A model generated the notes under the pieces. It was not told the DNA's origin. It worked only from the letters and a program-made list of their open reading frames with translations, and did no database searches. The translations under genes were made by a program, and so were the position numbers. A DNA stretch of 36,148 bases from contig OMRK01000035.1 in NCBI GenBank assembly GCA_900313515.1, positions 1 to 36,148 of the forward strand. Direction: 5' to 3'. Positions 17,666 through 27,899 of the stretch are shown one piece after another (position 1 is the first letter of the stretch; every line of letters starts with the position of its first letter). The stretch is from an uncultured bacterium (GTDB lineage Bacteria; Vulcanimicrobiota; Xenobia; Xenobiales; Xenobiaceae).

Positions 17666-18523
17666 CTACTGCACACGAATAGGTCCACTAACTCGGCCTT
17701 CACGGAACTGAGCCACAAAAGGATCGTCGGTATTCTGGAATTCCTGAGGAGTACCCCGCCAGACGAATTCACCTTTATGCAGCATAGCTATTTGGTGACC
17801 GACCAGAAGAGCACCACGAATATCGTGGGTAATAACCACCGAAGTGGCCTTAAGACGCCTCTGCAGATCGCAGATAAGCTCGTTAATAACCATAGAAAGA
17901 ATAGGATCCAGACCAGTGGTAGGTTCATCGTACAAAATTACGTCGGGATCGGTGGCGATAGTTCTAGCTAAACTGGCTCGCTTCTGCATACCACCGGAAA
18001 GCTGGTTGGGATAAAGATGGGCCATTCCGGGCAAATCTACTATGGAAAGCTTCTCAGCCACAATGCGCTGAATCTGTTCTTCGGAAAGCTTAGTATGCTC
18101 ACGCAGGCCGAAGGCCACGTTTTCGCCGATAGTAAGCGAGTCGAAGAGAGCCGGCTGCTGAAAGACCATGCCGATGCGCTTGCGCAGTTTATCAAATTCG
18201 TTGGGCGGCAGGGTGAGAACATTTTTGCCGTCTATATAAATTTCGCCAGAATCCGGCTTCTGCAGTCCCACTAGGCAACGCAGGGTAGTACTCTTACCCA
18301 CCCCAGAAAGGCCCATTATAGCCAAGGTATGGCCGCGGGGGATATCGAAGCTGACATCACGCAAAATAGAGCGTCCGCCAAAAGCTACAGAAATGTGACG
18401 CACAGAAATGGCTGGATCGGACATGGGACGACGCGGCCCAAGAATGCTTTGCTCCATTCCACTGGCATCCAGCTTACACTCTGATTCTTCCCCTGCGTTC
18501 TCCTTTTTCACATCATCCGCCAT
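17666..18523 (-). CDS. mlaF: MlaF/Mkl-type ABC ATPase
   Basis: 'GLSGVGKST', 'FQQPALFDSLT', 'LSGGMQKR', 'LYDEPTTGLDP' and 'DPFVAQF'. Lies between mlaE and mlaD. Confidence 0.92.
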   Translation of the reverse strand: MADDVKKENAGEESECKLDASGMEQSILGPRRPMSDPAISVRHISVAFGGRSILRDVSFDIPRGHTLAIMGLSGVGKSTTLRCLVGLQKPDSGEIYIDGKNVLTLPPNEFDKLRKRIGMVFQQPALFDSLTIGENVAFGLREHTKLSEEQIQRIVAEKLSIVDLPGMAHLYPNQLSGGMQKRASLARTIATDPDVILYDEPTTGLDPILSMVINELICDLQRRLKATSVVITHDIRGALLVGHQIAMLHKGEFVWRGTPQEFQNTDDPFVAQFREGRVSGPIRVQ

Positions 18524-18547
18524 TTTTTTGCCATGCCTTCCTTAGAA

Positions 18548-19327
18548 TCAGCTCGCTGGGAAAAGCCAGAGCGACATAAGGTAGTTGGTTATAAAGATAA
18601 GAATTGTGGCATTGACCACGCTTGAGGTGGTGGCCGTACCGACTCCCGCCGCTCCCCGCCCCGTATTTAAGCCCTGATAACATGATACCAAAACAATCTC
18701 GAAGCCAAAGACCACGCCCTTTAAAAGACCGTAACAGACATCAGATAAAACGGTCAGCCGAACTATAGAATCCCAAAAAATTTCATAGGGTATATTGGCT
18801 GATTGATAGGCCAGAACAGCTCCACCAAAAGTACCAAAAATAATAGAAAAAAGGGTAAGCACAGGCATCATGGCCACCAGAGCCGCCAAACGCGGCACAA
18901 CCAGATAACGTACCGGACTCACCGCCATGCACTTTAAGGCCGATATCTGTTCGGTTACCTTCATCGTACCAATTTCTGCAGCAATAGCCGATCCTGCTCT
19001 TCCGGCCACCACCACGGCCGTAAGCATAGGTGAGAGCTCGCGGGCCATGGCAATGGCCACGCCACCACCGACCACTCCCACTACCCCATATTGAACGGCG
19101 ATATTAGCTAATTGTAGAGAAATAACCATTCCAGCAGCCGTAGTGGTCAAAACAACAATAAGCAAGGAATCCACGCCTAAAGAAGCCATCTGGTCAATGG
19201 CCAGCTTCATGCGAACAGCCCCTCTGGCTATCCAGGATAGACACTCCAGCAACAGCACAAAGAGAGATCCTAAGTAGTCGAGAATCCCTAAGACGCTCTT
19301 GCCAATATATTCAAAAAAAATAATCAT
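18548..19327 (-). CDS. mlaE: MlaE family ABC permease
   Basis: 'RELSPMLTAVVVAGRAGSAIAAEIGTMKVTEQI' and 'GAAGVGTATTSSVV'. Confidence 0.95.
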   Translation of the reverse strand: MIIFFEYIGKSVLGILDYLGSLFVLLLECLSWIARGAVRMKLAIDQMASLGVDSLLIVVLTTTAAGMVISLQLANIAVQYGVVGVVGGGVAIAMARELSPMLTAVVVAGRAGSAIAAEIGTMKVTEQISALKCMAVSPVRYLVVPRLAALVAMMPVLTLFSIIFGTFGGAVLAYQSANIPYEIFWDSIVRLTVLSDVCYGLLKGVVFGFEIVLVSCYQGLNTGRGAAGVGTATTSSVVNATILIFITNYLMSLWLFPAS

Positions 19328-19707
19328 AGGCGCTTACTGTAAACGTTCGAACTCTAAGGCATCCCACCCACGGCGGAACCGTTCTAACTCGAGCAACTTC
19401 TTAGATTCCACGAGTCACAAACCTAGCCCAAGCTTCTCCCACTTTTACAAGAAAGGGCAGACTCCCTGCCCAACTAAATTTTCAGCCGCCATTCCAGCCG
19501 AGCCGAATTAATTAAGCTCGCACACCCACTCAGCACTGAAGCACGCAGAGTAGATTTACTGAGCCGAAGCTCTTAATCAGCTAACAGTAGATGCAGGGGA
19601 TTTTCACCAGCTTCTATTTCAAGTTTCGCGGGAAAAGCTGCTTAAAGGCTAGAAGGTGCGAGTTGAGCTGCTAAAGCGGCTCAGAGCAAGAAGGTGCACA
19701 AAAAAAA

Positions 19708-22545
19708 ATGACGACAGAAAACAGCCCAGAGGCGGCGGAAAATGTTCAAAAAGCAATGACAAACCCGACCGGAGAATTTGCACAACAAAAGGAATCCGGT
19801 GCCGAAGTGTCCGATTACCATCCTGTCCCCATGGCGACGACCGATTCACTAACCAGCCCGCTGGCCACCATCCCATCAGGCTCGGTCGCCTCTCAGGTTC
19901 TGGGAATGGACAGCCTACAGGCCATAAAGGGTTCACTTTGGAAACAGGAGCTGCTGGAGGAGAGCTCGCTCACCCTGCTAGACAGCGAAGCCGATGAACA
20001 ACTTGTGGAATCCTTCCGCTATCTTTTCCGGGCTGCTTTGGCCTGTGGTCAGGACCCTACCCCGCTGCTGGTAACAGCCTTCAAACGCGGCAAGCCTAAA
20101 CTCTCTCAGGAGGCAGCTCGGCTGGTGCGCGATAATCTAAACCGCGGCCTAGGTCGGGCTCTAGCCGACATTCTTACCAAGAATCCCAAAAAATTTAAAG
20201 ATGCCCTCTATTTCTTCAACCAGCCGGAGCAGGCTCGCTACCGGCCCGTTTTGAGCACCATTCTGCTTTCTGCTCTCCTTCCGCTCACTCAGGATAAGGA
20301 CTTCCGCAGCCAACTTCTGCCCAGTTTGAACGTTTTAGCTCCTCTAATAGCTCAATGCGCCCAGAGCAATGTGCCCCAAGCTGCCAAGCTGGAAGAATTT
20401 TCCGAACTTACCGCCTTCTTGGACGCTCTTTTGGAACATTTGGAAGAAATGGAACTTATGGAGCGTTTTGCCGTCTCTGCCTTCATTGCCAAACTAGCGC
20501 CCGATTTTAAATATCTGGGCGAATATCTCATAAAACGCCTGGACGGTACTAACGAGGCCAACATGGTAGCCTTCTTGGGTAACCTACTGGCCCGCTTGCC
20601 CAAAAATGATGATGATTATCAGTTAGTTAAAGATCGCATGATTGGACTCTTTTCTGAACATGGCCACGAGGCTGGACTAAGCCGCCGACTCAGGGCCACC
20701 TTCAAATATTTGGGCACTGAAATTCTAAAGGATTTGAGCAATCCAGAGTTTCTAGCCCGGCTGAACGAAAGTCAGCGCATCTTTGTGGTGGACATGTGGA
20801 ACGATTTTCGTTCAGATCTGCCCCTGGAACTCAAAAGTGAAGCTGAAATCGAACACGACCGCCAAAATAAAAAATATCAAGAAATTGAGGATACAGAAAC
20901 CTGTACTTGCCAGCATGAACACGAACATTGCCAGGTAGATCATGTATCTCGATCAACGAACAACCATGATTTGCGGTCTCGAGCTCAAGACACAGAGCAA
21001 ACAGAGACCAACAATAATGAATGTGCTCACCATCACAGTAAAACTGCTCAAGGCTCTACCGACATTTTGCTCTCTCAATACCGGGAGTGGGCCGGCAGCT
21101 TCTCCCGCGGCGAGGCCGTCAATTCTCCCGCCTTCAACCAGCTTTTTGCCGATTTTGTTCTTAATCGCCTCTTTGAGCAAGATCGAGCCTGCGTTCTGGC
21201 CCTGGTGCGCACTCACCAGCTCGATCTGCCCGTGGTGAAAGAAGCCCTGCAGAAGCTAGAGTCCGGTCGGCGCTTCATATATTCCTTCCTTTTTTCTGAA
21301 TCGTGCACTCTAGAAGATCCTGATGATCGGAGAGTTTTATCCCTTCTGGCTTCATGCGGCTACCCAGCTGTAGAATTCAGCTTTAAGGTGATAAGCCAAG
21401 ATGCCGTTTTAGAATCGGGCGGAGAAGCAAAGAAGATTTTAGCCTTCGGTCGCCTGCTGCACTGTACACAATTGCAAGAAGATACCCACCGCTCAGAAAT
21501 GGCAAATATGGTCAAGGAAGCCTTGCAGTTTCCCTGTCTGCAAGAGCAGGATAAACCCAATCCCAAGCACCATGTGATAAACGAGGTCTGGGAGAGCCTA
21601 GGTAGCTTAGGTTCGGTTGTAGGCCTTCCAGAGGAGCTGCGCGCCCAAATAACGACCCGTTTGTTGGCAAAAATAGGCGCCAATTCACAACCTAAAATAG
21701 CCGCACTATTTGCTATTTACCGAGCAGCTGGAAGCAAAGTGCGCACTACCATAGAACAGGAGATACGCCAGGTTCTGCAGGCTTCCGAGCCCGACCGCAA
21801 AGTTTTAGAGTACTCCCTGGCTGAGCTTTACGATCTCTTGGAAAACGGCCCGCTCCTGGAAAACACAGCAGAATTCGTCTCAATTCTCTGCCGTACGATC
21901 CTAACTAAGTCTAAAGAGCCCAGTTTGGAAAGCGTTATGCAACAAATTCTGAGCAAAGATGCCCAGGGAGATGGAGTGCAAATTCCCAAGCCCTGGAGTT
22001 ATGCCGACCGCACCATGGCCCTGCGCATAATAGGGGCCGCCGCCTGCCATCCCGAAGCATCCGAACGCCTACACAATTTGTTGGTTTTCCGTATCTTCTC
22101 ATTTTTAACCGACTGGTTTGAAGGCATAGAGGCTCAGAAAAATCTCTACGCATATCGCAGCAATCCCTTATGGACCGCTATCAGCGAGCTGCTGACCAAA
22201 GATAATTCCGACTTTACCTTGGATCTAGCCAATAAGGCTGCTCTGCGCTTGATGAGCTGTTACCGAAAGCATTTGGAAGGCTGTGATCTGGCCCAAAGCG
22301 AGAGTGCCCAACGTTTTCTGTTGAGCGTCCTGCAAGTCAGCCAAAATGCAGATGTAGAATGGGGCGGCCGCAAGGTCAATATAGGGCGTGTGGTCATAAA
22401 CACCATGGTGGAAATTATGCGCAACTCTCCGCCAGACAACCAGGTGGCCTTTACACTCTTAGGCGATACAGTCAAGAAGCATTTTCTGCGCCAAGAGCTG
22501 CAAGAAGATGCCGAAATTTTCCTGGCTATGCACAGGCAGGATTGA
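19708..22545 (+). CDS. Large Leu/Ala/Glu-rich hypothetical protein (probably alpha-solenoid, HEAT/ARM-like)
   Basis: 945-aa open frame with amphipathic-helix composition, no signal peptide and a His/Cys-rich central insert. Stop is 1 nt before the nth start. Confidence 0.8.
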   Translation: MTTENSPEAAENVQKAMTNPTGEFAQQKESGAEVSDYHPVPMATTDSLTSPLATIPSGSVASQVLGMDSLQAIKGSLWKQELLEESSLTLLDSEADEQLVESFRYLFRAALACGQDPTPLLVTAFKRGKPKLSQEAARLVRDNLNRGLGRALADILTKNPKKFKDALYFFNQPEQARYRPVLSTILLSALLPLTQDKDFRSQLLPSLNVLAPLIAQCAQSNVPQAAKLEEFSELTAFLDALLEHLEEMELMERFAVSAFIAKLAPDFKYLGEYLIKRLDGTNEANMVAFLGNLLARLPKNDDDYQLVKDRMIGLFSEHGHEAGLSRRLRATFKYLGTEILKDLSNPEFLARLNESQRIFVVDMWNDFRSDLPLELKSEAEIEHDRQNKKYQEIEDTETCTCQHEHEHCQVDHVSRSTNNHDLRSRAQDTEQTETNNNECAHHHSKTAQGSTDILLSQYREWAGSFSRGEAVNSPAFNQLFADFVLNRLFEQDRACVLALVRTHQLDLPVVKEALQKLESGRRFIYSFLFSESCTLEDPDDRRVLSLLASCGYPAVEFSFKVISQDAVLESGGEAKKILAFGRLLHCTQLQEDTHRSEMANMVKEALQFPCLQEQDKPNPKHHVINEVWESLGSLGSVVGLPEELRAQITTRLLAKIGANSQPKIAALFAIYRAAGSKVRTTIEQEIRQVLQASEPDRKVLEYSLAELYDLLENGPLLENTAEFVSILCRTILTKSKEPSLESVMQQILSKDAQGDGVQIPKPWSYADRTMALRIIGAAACHPEASERLHNLLVFRIFSFLTDWFEGIEAQKNLYAYRSNPLWTAISELLTKDNSDFTLDLANKAALRLMSCYRKHLEGCDLAQSESAQRFLLSVLQVSQNADVEWGGRKVNIGRVVINTMVEIMRNSPPDNQVAFTLLGDTVKKHFLRQELQEDAEIFLAMHRQD

Positions 22546-22546
22546 A

Positions 22547-23188
22547 ATGAACAACGATACGCACAAGAGAGCGAAGTTAGTTGGCGATATCCTAGACCAA
22601 CTATTTCCAGATCCGCGTCCCAGCCTCCATTTTACCGATGCCTTCACCCTGCTTACGGCTGTGATGCTTTCGGCCCAGTGCCGTGACGAACGGGTAAACG
22701 AGGCCACCGCCGAGCTCTTTAAAGTTGCCAATTCCCCTCAACGTATGGCCGCCCTTGGAGAAGCAGGGATTTACCAATATATCCGCAGCCTGGGGCTGGC
22801 CAAAAATAAGTCCAAATACTTGCACAAAATGAGCCAACAGCTGATGGACCATTTTCATGGCCAAGTGCCTGCAGATTTTAAAGGCTTGGAAAGCCTAGCC
22901 GGGGTCGGTCACAAAACGGCCTCCGTCGTTATGCTTCAGGCCTTCAATATACCAGCTTTTCCGGTAGATACCCACATTCTGCGCCTATCTCAACGGTGGG
23001 GACTGTCCCAAGGCCAAACCCCCGAGAAGGTGGAAGTCGATCTCAAAAGGCTCTTCCCAGCACAAGATTGGGGGAAACGCCATCTCCAATTCATTGAATG
23101 TGGACGTCGATACTGCAAAGCTTTGGGGCACAAAAAAGAGGAGTGCCCCGTATGCCAGGGCCTCCTCCTCGTTCGCAGCTTAAACTAA
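22547..23188 (+). CDS. nth: Endonuclease III
   Basis: 'LLTAVMLSAQCRDERVN', HhH 'LAGVGHKTA' and 'FPVDTHI'. Start reset to ATG 22547. Confidence 0.95.
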   Translation: MNNDTHKRAKLVGDILDQLFPDPRPSLHFTDAFTLLTAVMLSAQCRDERVNEATAELFKVANSPQRMAALGEAGIYQYIRSLGLAKNKSKYLHKMSQQLMDHFHGQVPADFKGLESLAGVGHKTASVVMLQAFNIPAFPVDTHILRLSQRWGLSQGQTPEKVEVDLKRLFPAQDWGKRHLQFIECGRRYCKALGHKKEECPVCQGLLLVRSLN

Positions 23189-23189
23189 A

Positions 23190-24917
23190 CTACTGTTGCC
23201 AGTCGGGAACGATATTCACCCAAGAGGACACCGCTTTGTCTCCCACGAACAGAGTACCAGTCAGTTTGGTAGGCACAAGATTGGTAGCGGCGGCGCCACT
23301 GGAACCTTGGACTTGCAAGAACAAGGTACCGGCCTCTCCCAAAGACAGACCTTCCAAAGTGTTCAACTCGGCTCCCAAGCTCTCGATGGCAGCTTCTTTA
23401 TCTTTCTTCTTGCTCTTTTCCAGCTTTCGGATCTCCGACTTGATCGTGTGGCGGGCCTGCTCCTTGTATTCATTGAAGCGAACCTGCAGATCGTGACACT
23501 GTTTGGAAATCGGTGAAGTGCGAATCCAAGCTTGGTAAAGGAATTCCATAGCTCTGGCGTACTGGTTACGGGAGGCTTCAAAGTCGGCCAACGATTCAAA
23601 GGCGGCCTTTTGGACAAAGAGAGCATCTGGGCCATTGTAAACTAGAGCCTCGCGGCAGGCCTTCTCACGCAGAGGTGCCTGTACTTCGGCTTTGGCCGAA
23701 TAGAGCAAAGCCAGAGGGCTACGGGCGTTGTTAAGCACGTTGAGATCCTCTGGAGTCACACAGGCCTCAGCCGATTTGGCATCTCCCTTTTCAAAGTAAA
23801 GCAAAGCCTGGATCACGTGGGCGGTAGCTGCCTGCAGGGGAGTTACCCCAGCGACGGCCTCCTCAGCCTTACAAGCCTCCAGAGCATCATCAATACGGCC
23901 CGCTTCCCGAAGCAGAGAGATCAGTTGATAGCGAGCGCCAAAGTCCTGAGGATTCTGGGCAATCTGCTGACGATAGAAAGCTATGCCCTCATCAACCTGG
24001 TCGGCACACAGGTAGAGGATCCTCAAGGCTACAGCAATACGGTGGTCGGAGGGGCGCAACTCCAAAGCAGTAGAGTATTCATTGCGGGCCGAGGCAAAAT
24101 CACCGGTGACCTTGTAAATGTCACCTTTATACAGGTGCAACACCGGATTACGACTAAACAATGGCGTAAGAGTCTCCAACTCCTCCATAGCCTTGCTGGT
24201 CTCACCTACAGAAGCGTTAGCAAAGGCACGCCAAAGTTGCATGTACTGGTTGCGACTACGTATGGTCAGTCCCTCATCAAAATATTTCTTGGCTGCTTCA
24301 TAATTGCCGCTGGTGAAAGCGTTGATTCCATTCACCAACTGCTGGGTAGCCGAGGTGGGATCGAGCTCCCTGGTCTTCTGCCAGGATTCCATAGCCACGC
24401 TGGAATCCTCGGGACTATTGCTAAGACACCAACGTTCGAAATAGGCCGTACCCTTGGCAAAGTAACAGCCAGCCAAGGCGGTACGGAACTCCATCTGCTC
24501 CCACTTAGGCATAATTTCCACGCTATGGTTTGCCAGAGCGATAGCTTCTTCGTTGCGTCCCTGATTGAGATGGTAAACGGCCTGCTGATTAATTTTGGCG
24601 TAAGCATCGGCAGCCTTATGGTTTTTTGGAGACAGCTTTAAAACGATTTCCAGACGCTGCAGAGCCTTAATATAGTGGCCCATCCTATGCAGAATCATAG
24701 CCTTGGCATATTGAGCGTTCACATCGTTGGGATTGGCAGTGAGATGTTTATCAATAAGCGTATTGGCAGTAGTATAATCCTTGTGGTTAAAGGCTTTCAG
24801 AGCCTCGTTTACTAAATTTTCGTCAGCTTGAGCCGAGAAGGAAAAACTCGTAAACGACAGACCTGCGGTCAAGGCACACGCCAGCAATAATCGGGAAAAT
24901 TTCACAGCCTTATGCAA
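23190..24917 (-). CDS. Exported tetratricopeptide-repeat protein
   Basis: Sec-type signal ('KFSRLLLACALTAGLSFTSFSFSAQA-D') and many TPR-like helices ('GDFASARNEYSTALELRP'). Alternative start GTG 24905. Confidence 0.85.
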   Translation of the reverse strand: MHKAVKFSRLLLACALTAGLSFTSFSFSAQADENLVNEALKAFNHKDYTTANTLIDKHLTANPNDVNAQYAKAMILHRMGHYIKALQRLEIVLKLSPKNHKAADAYAKINQQAVYHLNQGRNEEAIALANHSVEIMPKWEQMEFRTALAGCYFAKGTAYFERWCLSNSPEDSSVAMESWQKTRELDPTSATQQLVNGINAFTSGNYEAAKKYFDEGLTIRSRNQYMQLWRAFANASVGETSKAMEELETLTPLFSRNPVLHLYKGDIYKVTGDFASARNEYSTALELRPSDHRIAVALRILYLCADQVDEGIAFYRQQIAQNPQDFGARYQLISLLREAGRIDDALEACKAEEAVAGVTPLQAATAHVIQALLYFEKGDAKSAEACVTPEDLNVLNNARSPLALLYSAKAEVQAPLREKACREALVYNGPDALFVQKAAFESLADFEASRNQYARAMEFLYQAWIRTSPISKQCHDLQVRFNEYKEQARHTIKSEIRKLEKSKKKDKEAAIESLGAELNTLEGLSLGEAGTLFLQVQGSSGAAATNLVPTKLTGTLFVGDKAVSSWVNIVPDWQQ

Positions 24918-25363
24918 CCTCTCTATGAATTTCTACGATTGGAAACAAGTACAACCCCGTGTCTTCGTTATTGGGTAGCTCTTACCTGCGTATTGGTACA
25001 GACTGAATTTTATGGTTCCAAAATGCAGCTTTCCACCAAATTAAAGAGAAGTCTGCCGTAGTGACATGAAGGGCTTTTCCCATGCTTTAAGAAGCACCCG
25101 CGCACAGGTTGTTCTCTATGGGGTGGGATGAGGTGGGCGGCTGGTGTGTTTCCCGCAACAGAATTAAGCCGTTCTTTTTGTGTTTCTAAGTAGGTAAAGA
25201 GGGGCGTTTGTTAAAAGGGAGGGGCGGAGCACGTGTATCGAAGAGCTTTCGGGGATTGGATTTGTTTTCCGGAAGTGTTTAAGTTATAGCGGCCTTTTGA
25301 GCAGCTTAAACGTTTTTTGATAATTACCGCTGTATACAGTAGCGGCAGAGGAGAGGCAGAGAT

Positions 25364-26002
25364 TTGGCTAAGAGAGATTATTATGTGGTTTTAGGCGTGG
25401 CACCCACTTCTTCACCAGACGACATCAAGAAAGCCTATAGAACACTATCCAAAAAGTATCACCCGGATGCCAATCCCGACAACAAAGAAGAAGCGGATCG
25501 CAAGATGAAGGAGCTCATAGAGGCCTACAACGTCCTCAACGACAAGGATAAGCGTCGTGAGTACGATGCTCAACCACAGTTTAAAGTGCGCCGCTTTGCG
25601 AAGTCTTCCGCTCGCACCAAGGTCAGCAAGAATGCCAAGGCAGCAGAAGAGGAGCAGCCAAAATCAATGGCTGAAGCCTCGCCAGTTCTGCGTTGGCTCA
25701 AAAAATTGTTCAACAAGTCTGCCGGTGGTCCCAGCGCAACCCAAGTAGATCCCAAGCAGGCGGATGTACACTTTACCCTTGGGCTTTCCATGTCGGAGTC
25801 GGGGAGCTTCCTGGAGCAGGCAGAACGAGAATTCAAGCTAGCCTTGAAATTCGATCCCGGTCACAAGGAAGCTTGCTATGATATGGCCTTGGTGCAGTAC
25901 AAGCTTGGTAATTTTGAGGATGCCAAAGCTAGTTTGCAGCGCTGTCTGGGAATAGATCCCAACGATCCAGGCGCAAAACTCCTGCTTAACCTGTTGGGGT
26001 AG
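25364..26002 (+). CDS. J-domain (DnaJ-type) protein with C-terminal TPRs
   Basis: 'RDYYVVLGV...[15 protein letters not shown]' with the HPD motif. TPR-like 'ALKFDP...[21 protein letters not shown]'. Confidence 0.92.
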   Translation: MAKRDYYVVLGVAPTSSPDDIKKAYRTLSKKYHPDANPDNKEEADRKMKELIEAYNVLNDKDKRREYDAQPQFKVRRFAKSSARTKVSKNAKAAEEEQPKSMAEASPVLRWLKKLFNKSAGGPSATQVDPKQADVHFTLGLSMSESGSFLEQAEREFKLALKFDPGHKEACYDMALVQYKLGNFEDAKASLQRCLGIDPNDPGAKLLLNLLG

Positions 26003-26075
26003 TCGTCTATTCAAAAAAGCCGGGCCCGGCCTGCCACTCGCTGGCAGTTAGAACCGGACCTAGAGTTATTATACA

Positions 26076-26108
26076 AGTCTGTCCCTCTCCGGAGGGTAGA
26101 CTTTTTTT
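26076..26108 (+). terminator. Intrinsic terminator after the DnaJ-TPR gene
   Basis: AGTCTG-TCCCTC-TCCG-GAGGG-TAGACT followed by TTTTTT. Confidence 0.7.
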
Positions 26109-26110
26109 GT

Positions 26111-27250
26111 CTAGTTAACGACTGGCGGTCTAGGGCCAGGATACTGGAAGTAATTGCAAGCGATCAATCCGTTGTAAAGTTTACGCTTGCGTTTGGCCCG
26201 AGTTCCAAAACAAGCCTCAAAATCGGGATGTGAAGCAATCACATAATACGACCAAGTAGGCATTGCCTTATAGTAACTGCCCAGTAAGGTGTAAAGATCT
26301 TCGGCTTCCTCCAATTCCAAGAGACGTTGGCCGTAAGGTGGATTGGTAATCAAAACACCGTAACTTTGCGAGTTTTTCCAGTCTCGCACATCCTGCTCCT
26401 GAAAATGGACGCCACGGTTCTCCAGGCCGCTTTGGCGCAAGTGTATTCGGGCCAATTTCAGAACCCGAGGATCGTTGTCGAACCCGCTTATATGCAGAGA
26501 AGTATGCCGATCAAAGAGATCGTCCGCCTCCTGCATGGCCCCCTGCCAATCCTCTTTCTTAATAAGAGGCCAACTCTCAGAAGCAAATTTACGCGTTAAA
26601 CCAGGTGCCATATTGAGCCCCAACATGGCCGCCTCTATGCAGATAGTACCCGATCCACAGAAAGGATCGACCAAAATCCGCTCCTTATTCCAATAACTTA
26701 ACTGCACTAAAGCAGCGGCTAACGTTTCTCGCAGAGGAGCAGCTGCATTTAAGGTACGATAACCGCGTTTATGTAGACCGGATCCAGAAGTATCTAGCAA
26801 CACCTCACATTCATTATCCGTTAAAAATATTCTGATCGGATAATGAGCACCGGTTTCATCGAAAACGTTGCGATGGTAATGGTTGCGCATACTCTCTACA
26901 ATGGCCTTCTTGGCCGTGCGCTGAATAGCTGGCAGACTGGTAAGCAGGGAATTGTGAGTATGGGCCTCGACGGGGAATTCCGCATCAACCGGCATAAACT
27001 GAGGCCATGGCATGTACTTAAGTCCCTGAAAAAGATCCTCAAAGGTTTCGCAGCGAAACTTTTGCAAGCTCCACCAGACCCGATCGGCACTGCGCAACCA
27101 CATGTTGGCTCGGCATATATCGGAGGCTCCTCCCTTAAATAGCACCCGGCCATTTTCGGAACGCACATCGTGCATTTGTAATTTTTTTAGTTCTCTGGCA
27201 ACCACAGCCTCCAGTCCCAAGGCACAAGAAGCTATTAAATTAAATTGCAT
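26111..27250 (-). CDS. THUMP-domain class I SAM RNA methyltransferase (RlmL/YpsC-like 23S rRNA m2G methyltransferase)
   Basis: 'GLEAVVAREL', 'LHKRGYR', 'APLRETLAAA', 'DPFCGSGT..IEAA' and 'NPPYG'. Start reset to ATG 27250. Confidence 0.92.
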   Translation of the reverse strand: MQFNLIASCALGLEAVVARELKKLQMHDVRSENGRVLFKGGASDICRANMWLRSADRVWWSLQKFRCETFEDLFQGLKYMPWPQFMPVDAEFPVEAHTHNSLLTSLPAIQRTAKKAIVESMRNHYHRNVFDETGAHYPIRIFLTDNECEVLLDTSGSGLHKRGYRTLNAAAPLRETLAAALVQLSYWNKERILVDPFCGSGTICIEAAMLGLNMAPGLTRKFASESWPLIKKEDWQGAMQEADDLFDRHTSLHISGFDNDPRVLKLARIHLRQSGLENRGVHFQEQDVRDWKNSQSYGVLITNPPYGQRLLELEEAEDLYTLLGSYYKAMPTWSYYVIASHPDFEACFGTRAKRKRKLYNGLIACNYFQYPGPRPPVVN

Positions 27251-27324
27251 AACTCTAACCGCTGATAACTTAGATTCAAAGAAAAGGAGGAACACTTTCT
27301 CAATAAAGAATTCGTACTGTCGTT

Positions 27325-27852
27325 ATGAGAAAGTTTGCACCAATATATTGTTTTTTGCTGGGCATATGCCTGTTCCTAGGTCTTGCTTCTATTAAGAGTC
27401 AAGCTGCCCCTCCTGTCCCCAATAATGCAGTTCCATCTTCCACTTCGGCTCAAACCGAAAAAGCCACTTACACTTTAAGAAATGTAACCCTCGGCATGTC
27501 ACCCCAAGAAGTGCTTAAAAGTGCCGGAGAGCCAACTTTCAAGGCAAAAAAGGGCAACTCTTGGAACTACCGCCACAAGCCCGGTGCTCCTGAAGGCATA
27601 AGCGATCCCCAGATCACCTTCAAGAATGGCCATGTCAGTATGGTGATAGGCAGTCAAATGGAGCATGAGGGCCAAGTTATCCTAAAGCGTACCGACACGC
27701 AGCAAAAAATTACCTCAGTGCTTGGTCAGCCCGCCAAAATAGAAAAGGGAGCAGCCAAGGGCCTCGAGGTCTTATCCTATCCCAACCTCCACCTGCAGAT
27801 AGTCACTCAGAATGGTAAGCTCATGGTAATGTGCCAGAATGTGAAATTCTAA
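27325..27852 (+). CDS. Exported hypothetical protein with two 'xxEVxxxxGxP' (SmpA/BamE/BLIP-like) modules
   Basis: Signal peptide, 'LGMSPQEVLKSAGEP...WNY' and 'TQQKITSVLGQP...LSY'. Confidence 0.75.
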   Translation: MRKFAPIYCFLLGICLFLGLASIKSQAAPPVPNNAVPSSTSAQTEKATYTLRNVTLGMSPQEVLKSAGEPTFKAKKGNSWNYRHKPGAPEGISDPQITFKNGHVSMVIGSQMEHEGQVILKRTDTQQKITSVLGQPAKIEKGAAKGLEVLSYPNLHLQIVTQNGKLMVMCQNVKF

Positions 27853-27899
27853 GGTTATTTGAGCACCTATTTGCCTCTGGTTCTCCGGCCTGCCTCGTA

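Noticed and set aside
23817-24641. 274-aa plus-strand ORF and other short ORFs overlapping recognised genes
   Set aside because: They are antisense or out-of-frame to well-supported genes, with no recognisable motifs or RBS.
25364-26002. Calling this gene dnaJ
   Set aside because: It has only the J-domain plus TPRs and lacks the G/F region, zinc finger and C-terminal domain of canonical DnaJ.
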